A DNA stretch of 64,000 bases from Mayamaea pseudoterrestris (lineage: Eukaryota): positions 186,001-250,000 of the forward strand of contig BROI01000016.1 of NCBI GenBank assembly GCA_027923505.1, given 5' to 3'. Below, one piece after another: positions 22,235 to 33,747 of this stretch. The notes beneath the pieces were generated by a model. It did no database searches, had not been told where the DNA came from, and worked only from the letters and a program-made list of their open reading frames with translations. How positions within the stretch are numbered: position 1 is the stretch's first letter; every line of letters starts with the position of its first letter. Position numbers and translations under genes: made by a program.

Positions 22235-24169
22235 TTACATCTCTTTCAGCGAATCAAGATCTCTCTTCACCCCCTTGAGTTCTTCGATCGTTTCTTCAAT
22301 GTCCGCCTCAATTTCATTCAATGTTTCTTCGCCCGTAATAATGACAACCCTTTCAACACCTTCCGTGGCATCGGGCGCCGCACGTTCAGCCGAGCCAGTA
22401 ACATCCTTGGCGTCGCTGTATATGTCGCGGCCCATGCCCGCGGCTTCATCAATACCGCTCTCAGTTTCCTGCTTTGATGCTTCGCCCACTTCGTCGACAC
22501 CTTCTTGGACCTTTGTCTTTGACTCTCCGTAAACGTCTCGACCCATTCCCGCGGCTTCATCGATTGCTTGTTGACCGTATTCTGTGGCACTATCGTAAAT
22601 CTTTTGGCCCTGCTCCTTCGCTTTTTCGACACCGGACTTGACCTTGTCCTCCGCGTCATGACCTGTCTGCGTCGTCTTTTCAGCTGCCTCTTTATCGTAG
22701 TCCGCTGCAGTATCGTAAACCTCTTCTCCAGTCTCGGCTGCTGAATCGGAAACGGACTGAATACTCGATTTTGTGCCTTCGTAAACGTCCCGTCCAGTTT
22801 CAGCAGCTGTATTAACTCCCTCCTGTAGCCGTGATTTGGTCCCTTCGTACACGTCTTCTCCTGTCTTCGCCGCTGAGTCCACTCCGGACCGGATACTCGA
22901 TTGTGTGCCTTCGTAAACGTCGCGTGCAGTGCCGGTGGCAGCATCAACACCCTCCTGTATCTTTGACTTTGCTCCTTCATAGACGCTTTCGCTAGCCTGC
23001 GCCGCGGAATTTACTCCCGACTGTATGCTTGACTTTGTGCCTTCGTAAACCTCGCGTCCAGTGTCAGCAGCACTTTCAACACCTGCTTGCACTGTCGACT
23101 TTGCTCCTTCATAAACACTGCGCCCAGTCTCAGTTGCTGTATCCACTCCAGTTTGAACGTGCGACTTTGCTCCTTCGTACGCCGCTTCTCCCGTGTCTGC
23201 AGCGGAGTCCACCGCATCTTGACCGAGCTCTTTCGCCGATTCATAGGCTTGACCAGTTGTCTCAGCGACAATGTCTACGCTGGATTGAACCGATGACTTG
23301 GCACCTTCGTAAACTGCATGTCCAGTGTCCGCGACTGCATCTACGCCAGACTGCACCTTTTGCTTGGTTCCTTCGTATGCCCCATGCGCTGTTTCTGCAG
23401 CAGCGTTTACCGCATCTTGACCGAGCTCCTTTACGTTCTCATAGGCTTGCCCACTCTTGTAGGCAGCAGCATCCATGCCCGACTGCACAGTAGATTTGGT
23501 TCCTTCGTATAGATATTGTCCAGTCTCGGCTGCTGCATCGGCGGTGCTCTGTGCGCCTTCCTTGACTGCTTCATATGCGTCGTGGCTCACTTCTGATGCT
23601 GTATTTACACCTTCGCGTCCCTTGGCCTTCGCCTCTTCATATGTCGCGTGGCACTTGTGCTTCATCGCGTCATACACTGACTGGCTTTCGACTTTCGCAG
23701 CTTCCAAGGCTTCAAGGCACTTTTGCTTCACCGCTTCCAATCCGCCCGCAACTTTTCCAGTCGCCGTCGAATACCCTTCGTGAAGCTTGGCATTCGCTGC
23801 ATGGGCACCCTTTTCAACTTTTTCCATGCTCGCACTGGCAGCATCCGCAGTCTTAATCTTCACTGCTTCGTATCCATGTCCCGCCGCTTCGAGCGCTTCG
23901 TTCGCACTTGCCTTTGCCTTTTCCGTCGCAGCATTGGCATGATATGCTGCAGTGTCTTCCGCATACAAAGGATCACTATGCATGTAGTCCCCCAGCACGT
24001 TGCTCTCCTTCACGGCATCTTTGGCCGCAGCCAATACGTTCTGCGCCTTGTCCATGACTGACGGCTCAGGCTCAGGTTCGCTTTTAAGGTAGTCCATAAT
24101 GCCACCGTGCGCTGGGGTCGCGTAAGCGGTCAATATGCAGAGGATTACGAAACGAGTGCGACGGTACAT
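22235..24169 (-). CDS. Secreted LEA-like hydrophilic protein with 22-aa repeats
   Basis: Probable start MYRRTRFVILCILTAYATPAHG (signal peptide), followed by many 22-aa repeats such as ETGRDVYEGTKSSIQSGVDSAA. Rich in A/E/K/G/T. Confidence 0.7.
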   Translation of the reverse strand: MYRRTRFVILCILTAYATPAHGGIMDYLKSEPEPEPSVMDKAQNVLAAAKDAVKESNVLGDYMHSDPLYAEDTAAYHANAATEKAKASANEALEAAGHGYEAVKIKTADAASASMEKVEKGAHAANAKLHEGYSTATGKVAGGLEAVKQKCLEALEAAKVESQSVYDAMKHKCHATYEEAKAKGREGVNTASEVSHDAYEAVKEGAQSTADAAAETGQYLYEGTKSTVQSGMDAAAYKSGQAYENVKELGQDAVNAAAETAHGAYEGTKQKVQSGVDAVADTGHAVYEGAKSSVQSSVDIVAETTGQAYESAKELGQDAVDSAADTGEAAYEGAKSHVQTGVDTATETGRSVYEGAKSTVQAGVESAADTGREVYEGTKSSIQSGVNSAAQASESVYEGAKSKIQEGVDAATGTARDVYEGTQSSIRSGVDSAAKTGEDVYEGTKSRLQEGVNTAAETGRDVYEGTKSSIQSVSDSAAETGEEVYDTAADYDKEAAEKTTQTGHDAEDKVKSGVEKAKEQGQKIYDSATEYGQQAIDEAAGMGRDVYGESKTKVQEGVDEVGEASKQETESGIDEAAGMGRDIYSDAKDVTGSAERAAPDATEGVERVVIITGEETLNEIEADIEETIEELKGVKRDLDSLKEM

Positions 24170-24526
24170 GTTAACAATGGAATTTTGGTCGTCGTCTACT
24201 CGTCTCGACATCCAATTTGTGAGAACTGAATGGTCAGCTTCGCTAATCTTCGAGTATCGATGAGAACCAGACGGACGACGAGTCGTCGCGGTACGACAGA
24301 GATTGAGTCGCGGTAAGATGAGATGATCAAACATCAGTTTTCGACGAAGCATTGGCATGCAACAACAAACATTCTTCGCTTTTCAAGTAAAGCTTTAGTA
24401 CGCTGGACCGAAAGAAGCCTAGGTTTTGTCGTTATCATCGTCGAACAATGTTTCGTTGCAAGCACATAATGCTCGCAACTGCGCATGCTGGATTTGTGTG
24501 AGTATTCCATCACTTTGCAAGACAAC

Positions 24527-26722
24527 ATGAGCAAGACGCACGCCAGCACCGAGCGTTTCTGGGGTGAAGAAGCACCAAAGATGACGAAAGAAGAATATTC
24601 GAATCTCCAGAAGTTGATGGTTGAGTTCTGCAAACTTCCGCTTTTGGAGAACTTTTACGCGCCGGCAACAAAACAGTTTCCGCAGGTACGTAATCATTAG
24701 ATTAATATTACTCTGTCGACTGCAGCGACTCACAGATTTATGAACAATGTTATCATTCAGTTGGCCGAAATTAATGATTTGGGACGGATATGTCGCCGGA
24801 TCGCTGGTGGATTGTTTACAAGCACGCGAGATGTCCGCCGCGACGTTTGTCTCATGCTTGCCAACTTTATCAACTTTCATCTGCGGCAAAACCGCCACAA
24901 TCTAGTCTACTATGTTGCCATTGGCAATCATATGCGGATGCACTTCGATGTCTTATGGCTGGAGTTCATGATACCATCAGATTTGCCTGATGACGCAGAT
25001 CAATTTACAGTTGATACTCATGAGCATCGACGACAAGCCCGGGAACAGCAACTGCTATTTTCTGGCGGGATAATTCTCAATGACGAGTACCGTGTTAAGT
25101 CAGCCGAGTTAATCGAAGGATTCATAAGCAGAGATGGCCGCGTCGATCACCTCGATACAAAGCCACTCTGGAGCGGCCGGGTGGTAGCAGGTGATAGGCG
25201 CTTCAAGTCTACCATCGGATTGCTTAAGGAGGCTGTCGAGTCTTTGAAATCTGGTGATGCAACTTATAGCATCGCGGACACCTATACTCGTCTGTTGAGC
25301 TGCGGTGACTCACTGGAAAAGGAGGCGAAGAAGAGCTTTGGAAATCGAATCACTCGCCTTCTATGGAAACGATATGCTTTGCTGCACGAAGCAAATCGGC
25401 GCGGAACCGAGACATCGTCTGTGTACGGAAAAGTCATTGATGTCTTCTGGTGCCGCGAGACGAAGAAAAAGCCCTACCTCCCTTGTTTGAAGCTGGGCGT
25501 CCGCGATTCCCAAGGGCAGACAGGCAGCGCTGATACAGCTGTCACAAACCACAATCTTTCCTTATTACCCCCGCAATATCGACACGAGCTTGAGAAAAAG
25601 TATCAAAGCATCAGTTCGACTTCATGCAACAAGGGCTATCCACTTTTTCTCGTTGAATATGTGACCACTCATCAGCTCGATTGGGTTCCTCATCGGTTGA
25701 CGTTGCCATATGATGATGAGGAGTCGCAAGATACACATCATGTGATATGCACACAAACCAAATATAAAAACGCTTTGAAGGCTGCTAAAACAACTTTGGG
25801 TGAATTGAGGACTGTACTGGTGGACGCAATGTGCGACTATGAGGGTGGAAGCCGAGAAACAATGACACGGCGAGCCAAGCATTCTTATCAAAGTCTGATT
25901 GAGATGAACGAAGATGACGACGATGGTGACAAAAATGACTCAAACGCAGCTGACAATGAGTTTTCCAATGTACTGCTGTCGACCGAAGGTGGCACTGAGG
26001 AGGGGAACCAAAATGACGACGGCAGGCAGTTGTCAAGAAAGCGAAGTTCCAAGGACGAGGATGGCGCTGTTAATAACGGCAAAAAGTCGCGCGGGAGCAA
26101 TTCTGGCTCTGAACGTGGGCGTTCTGATCAGAACGACCGTGATTTGCAAAAAGTGATCGAGGAGCTTACCAGTCGACTTACCGCATTGGAGCGAAACCGC
26201 GGTGACGACCGAGCCAAGATTAAAGAACTGGAAATAGAGAACGCAAAGCTCGCCAGCCGACTTGATGGACTGCAAGAGACCAGCAATGTTGGAGGAGGAT
26301 GTGAACAAGATAAAGAAATACTTGAAAAAGTAAAGGACCAAACCAGTGACATCTTCCTGAAATTGATTGGAGAGCATCAGACGGACTTTGCCGCACAGTT
26401 CCAAAGCTTGATTGAGGGACAGGAGACACTCCGACGCAAATATGACGAAGCTGTTGTGGGGAAAGAGACGCGAAAAGAGCTTCGCGGTAGCATTGTGAGA
26501 TTGGATAAGCGGGTGACTGCAATTGCAACCAGTGCGCCCAGTTGTGTTACAGACGCTTTGTCTGGTTTGAGACGCGATGTTGAACAGCTTGCGCAAGACC
26601 AAAAAATGAACAATGAGAAAGTGAATGGCGAGGTGCAACGGCTGGATAAAGAGAACAACGACTTTCGGTCATCTTTTGTAAAGAAATTTGCGTCGTGTTT
26701 CTCGAATTTTGGCAGTGAGTGA
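24527..26722 (+). CDS. Divergent bromodomain + PWWP-like + coiled-coil protein (intron 24686-24760)
   Basis: Phase-0 intron CAG|GTACGT...TTCAG|TTG. NDLGRICRRI..GLFTSTRDVRRDVCLMLANFINF resembles bromodomain helices. VFWCRETKKKPYLPC...LVEYVTTHQLDWV resembles a PWWP domain. C-terminal heptads. Confidence 0.55.
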
Positions 26723-27312
26723 TGAGCAGTGCTTGGGCGGCAACGATCGGGTTCGACAGCGGAAGCATATCACAATGCTCCAGCGTTATATGCGTACTGG
26801 TGTGTATGAGTAGAAGTTCGTTCCGTAAACTATGCGAGTTTTACATTATCAACATTAATTTAAAAGTTCTTGGGTATTACGGCTGGTATAGTAAGACTAC
26901 AGCATAGGAGCTGGCTTCGCACATGTCGTTCGGACTTGTATGTTAGCTAATCGATCGCTGTTGGCGCCATTAACTGTAAGCCATTCAAAACAGCTGAACC
27001 ATGCAAGCACGAACCAGCACGAGTCCGCATTGGTGGCGTTCGAAGCATACGTAAAGTATACCGGTACTCCTACAGCTCCCATCTCGCGGACAAATAAATA
27101 ATAGTAATGTTGTAGGCTATCGTCCTTGCCGCCCATAGCGACATGCTTCCTCTTATGAAAGCTGCTTCAACACGTGATGAGTGGCTCACGGCCAACAAAT
27201 CGCGGGACGCCGACGCGTTTGCTCTCGCTCGATGTCACTCAATTTTCGACCGCTGCCAACCAGACGACTTGCATTCTGTACATATCAATCATTAAGCATA
27301 TAGCCAGTGATC

Positions 27313-27984
27313 ATGCGCTTCCTTTCTGGATCAACCATCCTTTCCTTATGTCTTCTATCGGCTTGCCCGCCGACACTGCTTTTCGCCCAAGAATCAAACT
27401 GTCCATTTCCATCCGGTCGACGCACACTGGTCGTCAATGACGTACTCACCATGCGCGAAGTAGTCAATCCATCCACCGACACGATAACGGTGGAAATTGT
27501 TTACCAGGGAGAGGCATGGGTTGGCTGGGCCGTGAGTCCGACGGGACGCATGGTGGGCGCCGACTCGGTGATTGGATTGCCCGACTCTGGCACAGTTGTT
27601 CAACACGACATGGCGGATGAAAACATTAACTTTGTGACTCCTTGGGAGACGCAAACTATCATTGATTCCTCCATTACGCAAGAGGATGGCGTAACGACCA
27701 TGATGTTTACCATGCCGCTTGCAAACGAGGGACAAAATGAAATCTCAGCGACAGGTCCAAACACCTTCTTGTTTGCCTATGGATCAGACAATGAGCTTGG
27801 GTTTCATCAGCTATCCCAGGCCTTTACCATTGATGGAGCATTGCAGCAATGCGATCCTGCGACAGGAACGACTCCTGACTATGCCGAAAGTGAGGCCGCG
27901 AGTAGTGGAGCGAATGTCGTCGTTAAAGGATGGTTGATGGCCGCTACTGCGCTTCTTTGGGGCGTTGCTGCTAACGTATTGTAA
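27313..27984 (+). CDS. Single DOMON-domain protein with signal peptide and GPI-like C-terminal tail
   Basis: AWVGWAVSPTGRMVGADSVIG...FLFAYG...LGFH carries the heme-binding DOMON Met/His pair. N-terminal signal peptide; small-residue site (ASSGA) plus hydrophobic C-terminus. Confidence 0.85.
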   Translation: MRFLSGSTILSLCLLSACPPTLLFAQESNCPFPSGRRTLVVNDVLTMREVVNPSTDTITVEIVYQGEAWVGWAVSPTGRMVGADSVIGLPDSGTVVQHDMADENINFVTPWETQTIIDSSITQEDGVTTMMFTMPLANEGQNEISATGPNTFLFAYGSDNELGFHQLSQAFTIDGALQQCDPATGTTPDYAESEAASSGANVVVKGWLMAATALLWGVAANVL

Positions 27985-28524
27985 TCAGGGATTACCAATT
28001 GTTTGCGAGGACTGCTTATACTCTTAGCATAGTAGAGAGTTGGCTGAGTTAGGCGATAGCTCGTTCATTCGTACGGTGTCGCGCCTCGCTCGTCGCCCTC
28101 TCGTGGATCTGCGCCTGTCCAGCCATGAAAGGGCTGGTACGACTGCAATGACGCCAGATGACTAAATTTGTGATTGTCGCAATTGTGTTGGGCTATACTA
28201 AATTCATGAAAGTGAGCTGCACAATGAGTTATAGTGTACACACGATTATTCTCGTTCAACGCCAGAATTCCGAAACGTTTCAACAAGTACACTTTTGATC
28301 CATAATAACTTTTCACACCATGGGAACCTTGACCCGCCAAGACTCACAATGGGAAGTTATCGCTGCGACGATGCTCCGAGAAGAATGTGCTCGAGCTATC
28401 GGCGTAGAGGCCAGCACAGCGCATTGATGAGCAAGACGGTGCGGACACTACGCGTCCTCTCATCTCTCATAGAGTCCAGCTGGTACATGATTGTATATTT
28501 TGCGAAACAAGAGAAGATTAGAAG

Positions 28525-30006
28525 ATGCGCGTTCCATTTAACGTTTTGAGTCTGCTGCTTTCGCTATTCTTGTGCCTTTCACTTCATCTCGCATCGGCTG
28601 ATTCTTACTATAACGGTGGCGGAAACGAGGTGGAGGATGAAAGTGACAACTCGGGTCATGGAGGAGGCGACGACGAGAATGAGACTGACAATCAAGACGG
28701 CAATTTGAACAGCGGCAATGGAGGCGGAACGACTACCACGACGGAAACATCGAATACTTTAACAACAAATTCTTCCAATGTCGCTGGCTCTTGTCCATTT
28801 CCAACCGACGCACGAACATTGACTGACGGCCTGGACATGCGCGAGGTTGTGAATCCATCCACTGGCACCATTTCTGTTCAATTCGTTTACCAAGGCGAAG
28901 CATGGGTTGGTTTTGGAGTTAATCCAGATGGCGAAATGGTTGGAGGCGATGCCGTCATTGGACTTCCCGACGAAGGCAGTGTGCAGCAGTACGATTTGAA
29001 GGGAGAAGGTATTAGCTTTGTCACGCCATGGACGACGCAAACCTTGCTGAATGCATCGGTGACGCAACAAGATGGTGTCACCACCATGACATTCACCATG
29101 CCTTTGTTGAACGAGGGACAGAATCCGATTGCAGCAAGTGGTCCAAACACCTTTTTGTACGCCATTGGCAGCAGCAACGAGCTTGGCTACCATCGCCAGC
29201 GTCACGCCTTTACCATTGACAATGCGCTGCAGTCTTGCGATACGACCACTGGCGTGACGCCAACCTACGCGTTTTCGTCGAGTGCGATTGGTGACTCGAG
29301 CGGCAGCAGCGGCGCGTCGGATGAATCGGAACAAGAGAGTCTACGAACCCGCCGCCTTTGGATGGCGCATGGATTATTAATGACTATTTCCTGGGGCATT
29401 CTTGCGCCAGTCGCCATTGGCTGCAGCGTGTTGCGCAAGGCGCTCGGCGGAGGCGGCACTTGGTTTGTTTTGCACTCCAACTTGAACACGCTGGTCTTTT
29501 TGACGACCACGGCAGGTTTTGCCATTGCCGTCTACGTTTTGACCAAGGAGGGTGACAAGCCATTCTCGGAGGAGCGACACAACAAGTTGGGACTGGTGGT
29601 CTTTTTGCTACTCTTTATACAAGTCATGACTGGATGGTTTCGTCCGCACTTGCCCAAGCATAGCAAGGCCGCCATTGCCGAGGGTGAGCATGACTGTGAT
29701 GATGATCATGCTGAAACTGGTGCTGCTGGGGCAACTACTGAAAACAACAATGAGAACGCTTACGAGCAATCGACGACGCCAAAGAAGAGCTCTCGTCGCG
29801 TCGCTTTCGAGATTGGCCATCGTATTATTGGAACGGGTCTGTTAGGCTTGTCGTGGTATCAGATTTACCTTGGCATTGAGCTCTACGACGATGAGTATGG
29901 CATGTCATTCAACGGCAACGCAGTGTTCTTTGGAGTAGCTGGAACCATTGTCGGCTTGATAATTCTGGGCAAAGTTGGAATGGTCGGTTGGGACAGGTGC
30001 AACTAA
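28525..30006 (+). CDS. DOMON + cytochrome b561 protein (CYBDOM/ferric-chelate reductase-like)
   Basis: Signal peptide, DOMON (GEMVGGDAVIG, LGYH), then AHGLLMTISWG, WFVLHSNLN, HNKLGL, FRP and FEIGHRIIG (four b561 histidines). Confidence 0.92.
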   Translation: MRVPFNVLSLLLSLFLCLSLHLASADSYYNGGGNEVEDESDNSGHGGGDDENETDNQDGNLNSGNGGGTTTTTETSNTLTTNSSNVAGSCPFPTDARTLTDGLDMREVVNPSTGTISVQFVYQGEAWVGFGVNPDGEMVGGDAVIGLPDEGSVQQYDLKGEGISFVTPWTTQTLLNASVTQQDGVTTMTFTMPLLNEGQNPIAASGPNTFLYAIGSSNELGYHRQRHAFTIDNALQSCDTTTGVTPTYAFSSSAIGDSSGSSGASDESEQESLRTRRLWMAHGLLMTISWGILAPVAIGCSVLRKALGGGGTWFVLHSNLNTLVFLTTTAGFAIAVYVLTKEGDKPFSEERHNKLGLVVFLLLFIQVMTGWFRPHLPKHSKAAIAEGEHDCDDDHAETGAAGATTENNNENAYEQSTTPKKSSRRVAFEIGHRIIGTGLLGLSWYQIYLGIELYDDEYGMSFNGNAVFFGVAGTIVGLIILGKVGMVGWDRCN

Positions 30007-30611
30007 AATATAGAGTCTGCATGTATATACCGATAATCGGTTCAATATTTGGTAGTGACTACATATATAGAGCACAAAAGTTTAATGTTTGACAGGCAGT
30101 TGAGTATTCGTCATAGCTGACTGGCATGAGCAGGTACAGTGCAATACAAAGCAACAGGCTTGCTGGAAAGTGTAGCTGGCAGTAAAGAGATGAGAAAGTG
30201 ACAGCAGTCCAGCCAATACTTGCAAGTTTACATCCCGCATTGGCCAATCCAATTTTAGCGACAGCCCGGAGCGACGCTTCATCATCTGGCCTGCTACATG
30301 CCATGCTGGATCCTACAAACTGAGCCATGTCCGTGACCTATTTCCACCAGAGAACTGCTAGCAACACTGTATAGGTTGTGTTACATGATGGAATGCCTGC
30401 TTGATACGTACCGGTAGCAAGGATCTCGCAAAATGCAATCCATCGTCTTGCGCCAATAAGTCACGGAACGACCTTTTAGTCCCACTGTGACTTGGGACGA
30501 CGGACAGACTGGCGCGGGGAACCACTCGCCGCGCCGTCGCGCCGCTTCACCATGGGCCATGGGAGAAATTACTTTTGATTCCGTCGCAAGACTTGCAAAA
30601 CTACGTATAAC

Positions 30612-32027
30612 ATGAGTGACCAACCCTCCCTAGCTGCTACAGCAGCAGAATCTGCTGCCAAATATTCACTCAAGCGAAGTCGGATATTGTTTGATCACGG
30701 AAATCCTTCCGACGTGTTCGTTCCATCCGTCCTCGTCCATCCCGAGCTGGCAGTCAAGCGCCGCAGTCGATTGCCACAAGACGCAAAGGACAAGCAGCAG
30801 ATGCAGAGTCAAATAACGAAAAAGACGCAAGCGAGCTTTACTTCTACGGCTGCTTCCGCCTTGACGCTTTACAATCAGAATAACGACGAAGGACAAGCAG
30901 CATCAGCAACTACTCTAATCGCAGACGCAGCAGACGAGAATCGCATCATTCAACGATCCTCCGCAAACTCCGCATCCAACACAAACGTTCCAACTCCAAA
31001 CTGGCATGCTCCCTGGAAGCTAGCGACAGTCTTGTCGAGTCACTTGGGTTGGGTGCGCTGCTTAGCCGTCGATCAAACATCCAACGAGCTCCTGGCGAGT
31101 GGCTCGGCCGATCGCACGATTAAAATTTGGAACCTTCCCAAGGCAACCGTGGGCGCGAGCGACGCCTTGCAACTCACACTGACGGGTCACATTAGCGCCA
31201 TTCGCGGATTGGAATTCTCGCAGAAACATCCATACTTGTTCAGTGCGGCCGAAGATAAAAAGGTACTCTGCTGGGACTTGCACACGAACCAAGTGGTGCG
31301 TCACTACCACGGCCACTTGAGCGGCGTCTACTGCCTGCAGCTGCATCCGTCACTCGATCTACTGGTGACGGGCGGCCGCGACGCCGTCGCCCGCGTCTGG
31401 GACATGCGCACCAAGCAGGCCGTGCAAATATTGGCGGGTCACTCCAACACGGTCGGGGCGCTGCTCGTGCATGCGACACATCCGCAGATTGTCACGGGAT
31501 CGCACGACACGACCATCAAGCTGTGGGACATGGTGGCGGGTAAAACAGTCACGACGCTGACGCATCACAACAAGAGTGTGCGCGCGCTGGCGTCGGCGGC
31601 GAGTGCGAGACTGGAGAATACCTTTGTGTCGGGCGCGTCGGATGCCTTGCGCAAGTGGCAGTGCAAGGACGGCAAGTATTTGCAGAAAATGACGGATCAT
31701 GGAGGCAGCATTGTTAGTTCACTCGCGTTGAATGAGGATGGCGTGATGGTGTCTGGAACGGATGATGGTGCACTCAAGTTTTACGACTACTCCAGTGGAC
31801 ATTGCTTCCAGTCGGTGCAGTCGCAGGTGCAGCCGGGGAGTTTGGAGGCGGAGAATGGCATCATGGCGCTGCAGTACGACGCCACGGGGACGAGGTTGCT
31901 AACGGGTGAGTGCGACAAGACGATCAAGATTTACAAGCAAAGTGAGGACGCGTCCGAGATGACGCATCCAATCGACATGGCCGCCTGGCGCAAAAAGTGT
32001 TTGCGGGAAGCCAAGGAAAGGTACTAG
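30612..32027 (+). CDS. PLRG1: Pleiotropic regulator 1 / Prp46 WD40 spliceosome (NTC) subunit
   Basis: PNWHAPWKL..V.SSHLGWVR, VVRHYHGHLSGVY, QPGSLEAENGI and GECDKTIKIYK are PLRG1/Prp46 signatures. Confidence 0.95.
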   Translation: MSDQPSLAATAAESAAKYSLKRSRILFDHGNPSDVFVPSVLVHPELAVKRRSRLPQDAKDKQQMQSQITKKTQASFTSTAASALTLYNQNNDEGQAASATTLIADAADENRIIQRSSANSASNTNVPTPNWHAPWKLATVLSSHLGWVRCLAVDQTSNELLASGSADRTIKIWNLPKATVGASDALQLTLTGHISAIRGLEFSQKHPYLFSAAEDKKVLCWDLHTNQVVRHYHGHLSGVYCLQLHPSLDLLVTGGRDAVARVWDMRTKQAVQILAGHSNTVGALLVHATHPQIVTGSHDTTIKLWDMVAGKTVTTLTHHNKSVRALASAASARLENTFVSGASDALRKWQCKDGKYLQKMTDHGGSIVSSLALNEDGVMVSGTDDGALKFYDYSSGHCFQSVQSQVQPGSLEAENGIMALQYDATGTRLLTGECDKTIKIYKQSEDASEMTHPIDMAAWRKKCLREAKERY

Positions 32028-32417
32028 TTAGTGAGAATGTGTAATAGTGGTAGTGGTAGTGGGTGGCCTTTGTTAGTTTTGGCATTTGACGCGGCGGCCA
32101 TTGTCGGACTGCTGTCAAGGAGCCAACGACTGGACCTGCCTGATACAGTACGACATACTAGTACATGCATGGACCTACGTTTCTATGATTAAAATGGCTT
32201 TGTAGTCTTGATTTAATTTCTTTTGCTAAAATTTTATTGTGTTTGTATTTATTGTTTTAATTTTTATGTCCATTTGCATGTACAGTTCACTGCGTCTGCA
32301 TGTATTTGATGCTCCATGTATTTTTTCAGCTGCTGCGAGTGCATGGGGAGCTCAATCGTTTGATTAGCAAACAATGAGACTTCTACCCGTTGCATCTTGC
32401 ATCTGCTGCCGCGTTTC

Positions 32418-33371
32418 TTATGCATAAAAAAATTGACTTCTTGACGCATAGCCGCCATTGTAGTTGCTATAGGTTGGTTTCGCAATGTACTGTTTGATCG
32501 GTTCTGCTGGTTTGAGCGCAGCAATGTGTTCGTATCCGCAATATTTTGGATGGTTGGCCGGGTAAATGGTAAAGCGAGGCATGTCGCTCATGTAGTAGGG
32601 CTGCTGCAGCGTGGCGGCTGACGTCGAGTCGTCGTAGTGAAAGCAGCTGCTGCTGCCAGTGCTTGGTGTGGTTGCTTTCGGTGGAACGCCAAAGTTGATT
32701 GACGCAGCAGCCTTTGGTGCCAACGTCATGGACAAGGTCGGTTCGTCACTTGTCGTAGTCACTTTGCAAACAAACAAGGCCCAAAAGGTGGCAAGCATCA
32801 TCATGACGAGTCTGGGAAGCGTGGTTTCGCCGTCAACCGACTCGTCGTCGATGCTGCTGCTCTTGCTGCTGCTCTTGCTGCGTTCACCGCGCGCTGATGC
32901 CAAATCCAAGCAGGTAAACTGGTAGTTGTGAACGTACGTCTTGGTCACGTAACGACTGACGTCGTCTTTGACCGCGTCGGACCCTTGGTAAAAGCCAACG
33001 CTGCAGACACTCAAATCGGCGAAGCAAACTTCCTGCTCGTCGCGGTCGTTCAAGTTAGTCAACATGGTGGCTTCCATCTTGTAGTTGCTGCGCGACGGGC
33101 AAACGCTCATGTACGATAGATCGCTGGTGTCGAATGGTAGTGGTTGGCGCGTCTTCTGAATCAAAGTAGTCTGCATTTCTTCGTCAGCCGGCGCTTGAAC
33201 AAGGCGCAGCGGCTGGTGATTGCTGCTGCCAATGGGAAATGGAAGCTGCAACATGCTGCTGCTGCCGCTAGTCGTAGGAGTCTCGCCGCTCGTTTCAAAC
33301 GCGCCGACGACTGCGACAGCAAGCGTCACAGTCAACGCAAAGGTCGTCTTGGAGAGGAATGGCATTGTCAT
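32418..33371 (-). CDS. Hypothetical protein with signal peptide and a possible TM segment
   Basis: 317-aa ORF with hydrophobic N-terminus (TFALTVTLAVAVVGA-F) and a second hydrophobic stretch (LVMMMLATFWALFVC). No recognised domain. Confidence 0.55.
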   Translation of the reverse strand: MTMPFLSKTTFALTVTLAVAVVGAFETSGETPTTSGSSSMLQLPFPIGSSNHQPLRLVQAPADEEMQTTLIQKTRQPLPFDTSDLSYMSVCPSRSNYKMEATMLTNLNDRDEQEVCFADLSVCSVGFYQGSDAVKDDVSRYVTKTYVHNYQFTCLDLASARGERSKSSSKSSSIDDESVDGETTLPRLVMMMLATFWALFVCKVTTTSDEPTLSMTLAPKAAASINFGVPPKATTPSTGSSSCFHYDDSTSAATLQQPYYMSDMPRFTIYPANHPKYCGYEHIAALKPAEPIKQYIAKPTYSNYNGGYASRSQFFYA

Positions 33372-33747
33372 GTTGAGTCAATTGGTAGTAATTAGTAGTA
33401 ACAGCAGTGAAACGTCTGCAGGCAAGCAAAAGTGAAATTTGTGACTGCTTTCTCCGGCGCGTTTGGAGCTCTCTTACGACTGCTTTGAGAAACGGACCCA
33501 TTTGCGACCGGTCGACTGCCGGATGCACCTCGACTGCATCGCCAGTCACGATCGATTGCTAATTGATGCAACCGTTCGTACGCAGTGAGTCACGTTGCAG
33601 CTGCAGGCTATTTATCTGCTACTGTAATCATGTTTCCTCTTTCATTGCCATTGCCGTCGACTTGCTTGCTTGCTTGATCGTTGGCCGCCTTTCTCTCCCA
33701 TGGTCGCCAACTAAGCAAGCGCTGTCACGCATCGCAGCGGTTTTTGG

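Noticed and set aside
24170..24358. N-terminal 63 aa of the 707-aa ORF
   Set aside because: Probably untranslated: the downstream ATG at 24169 begins a clear signal peptide.
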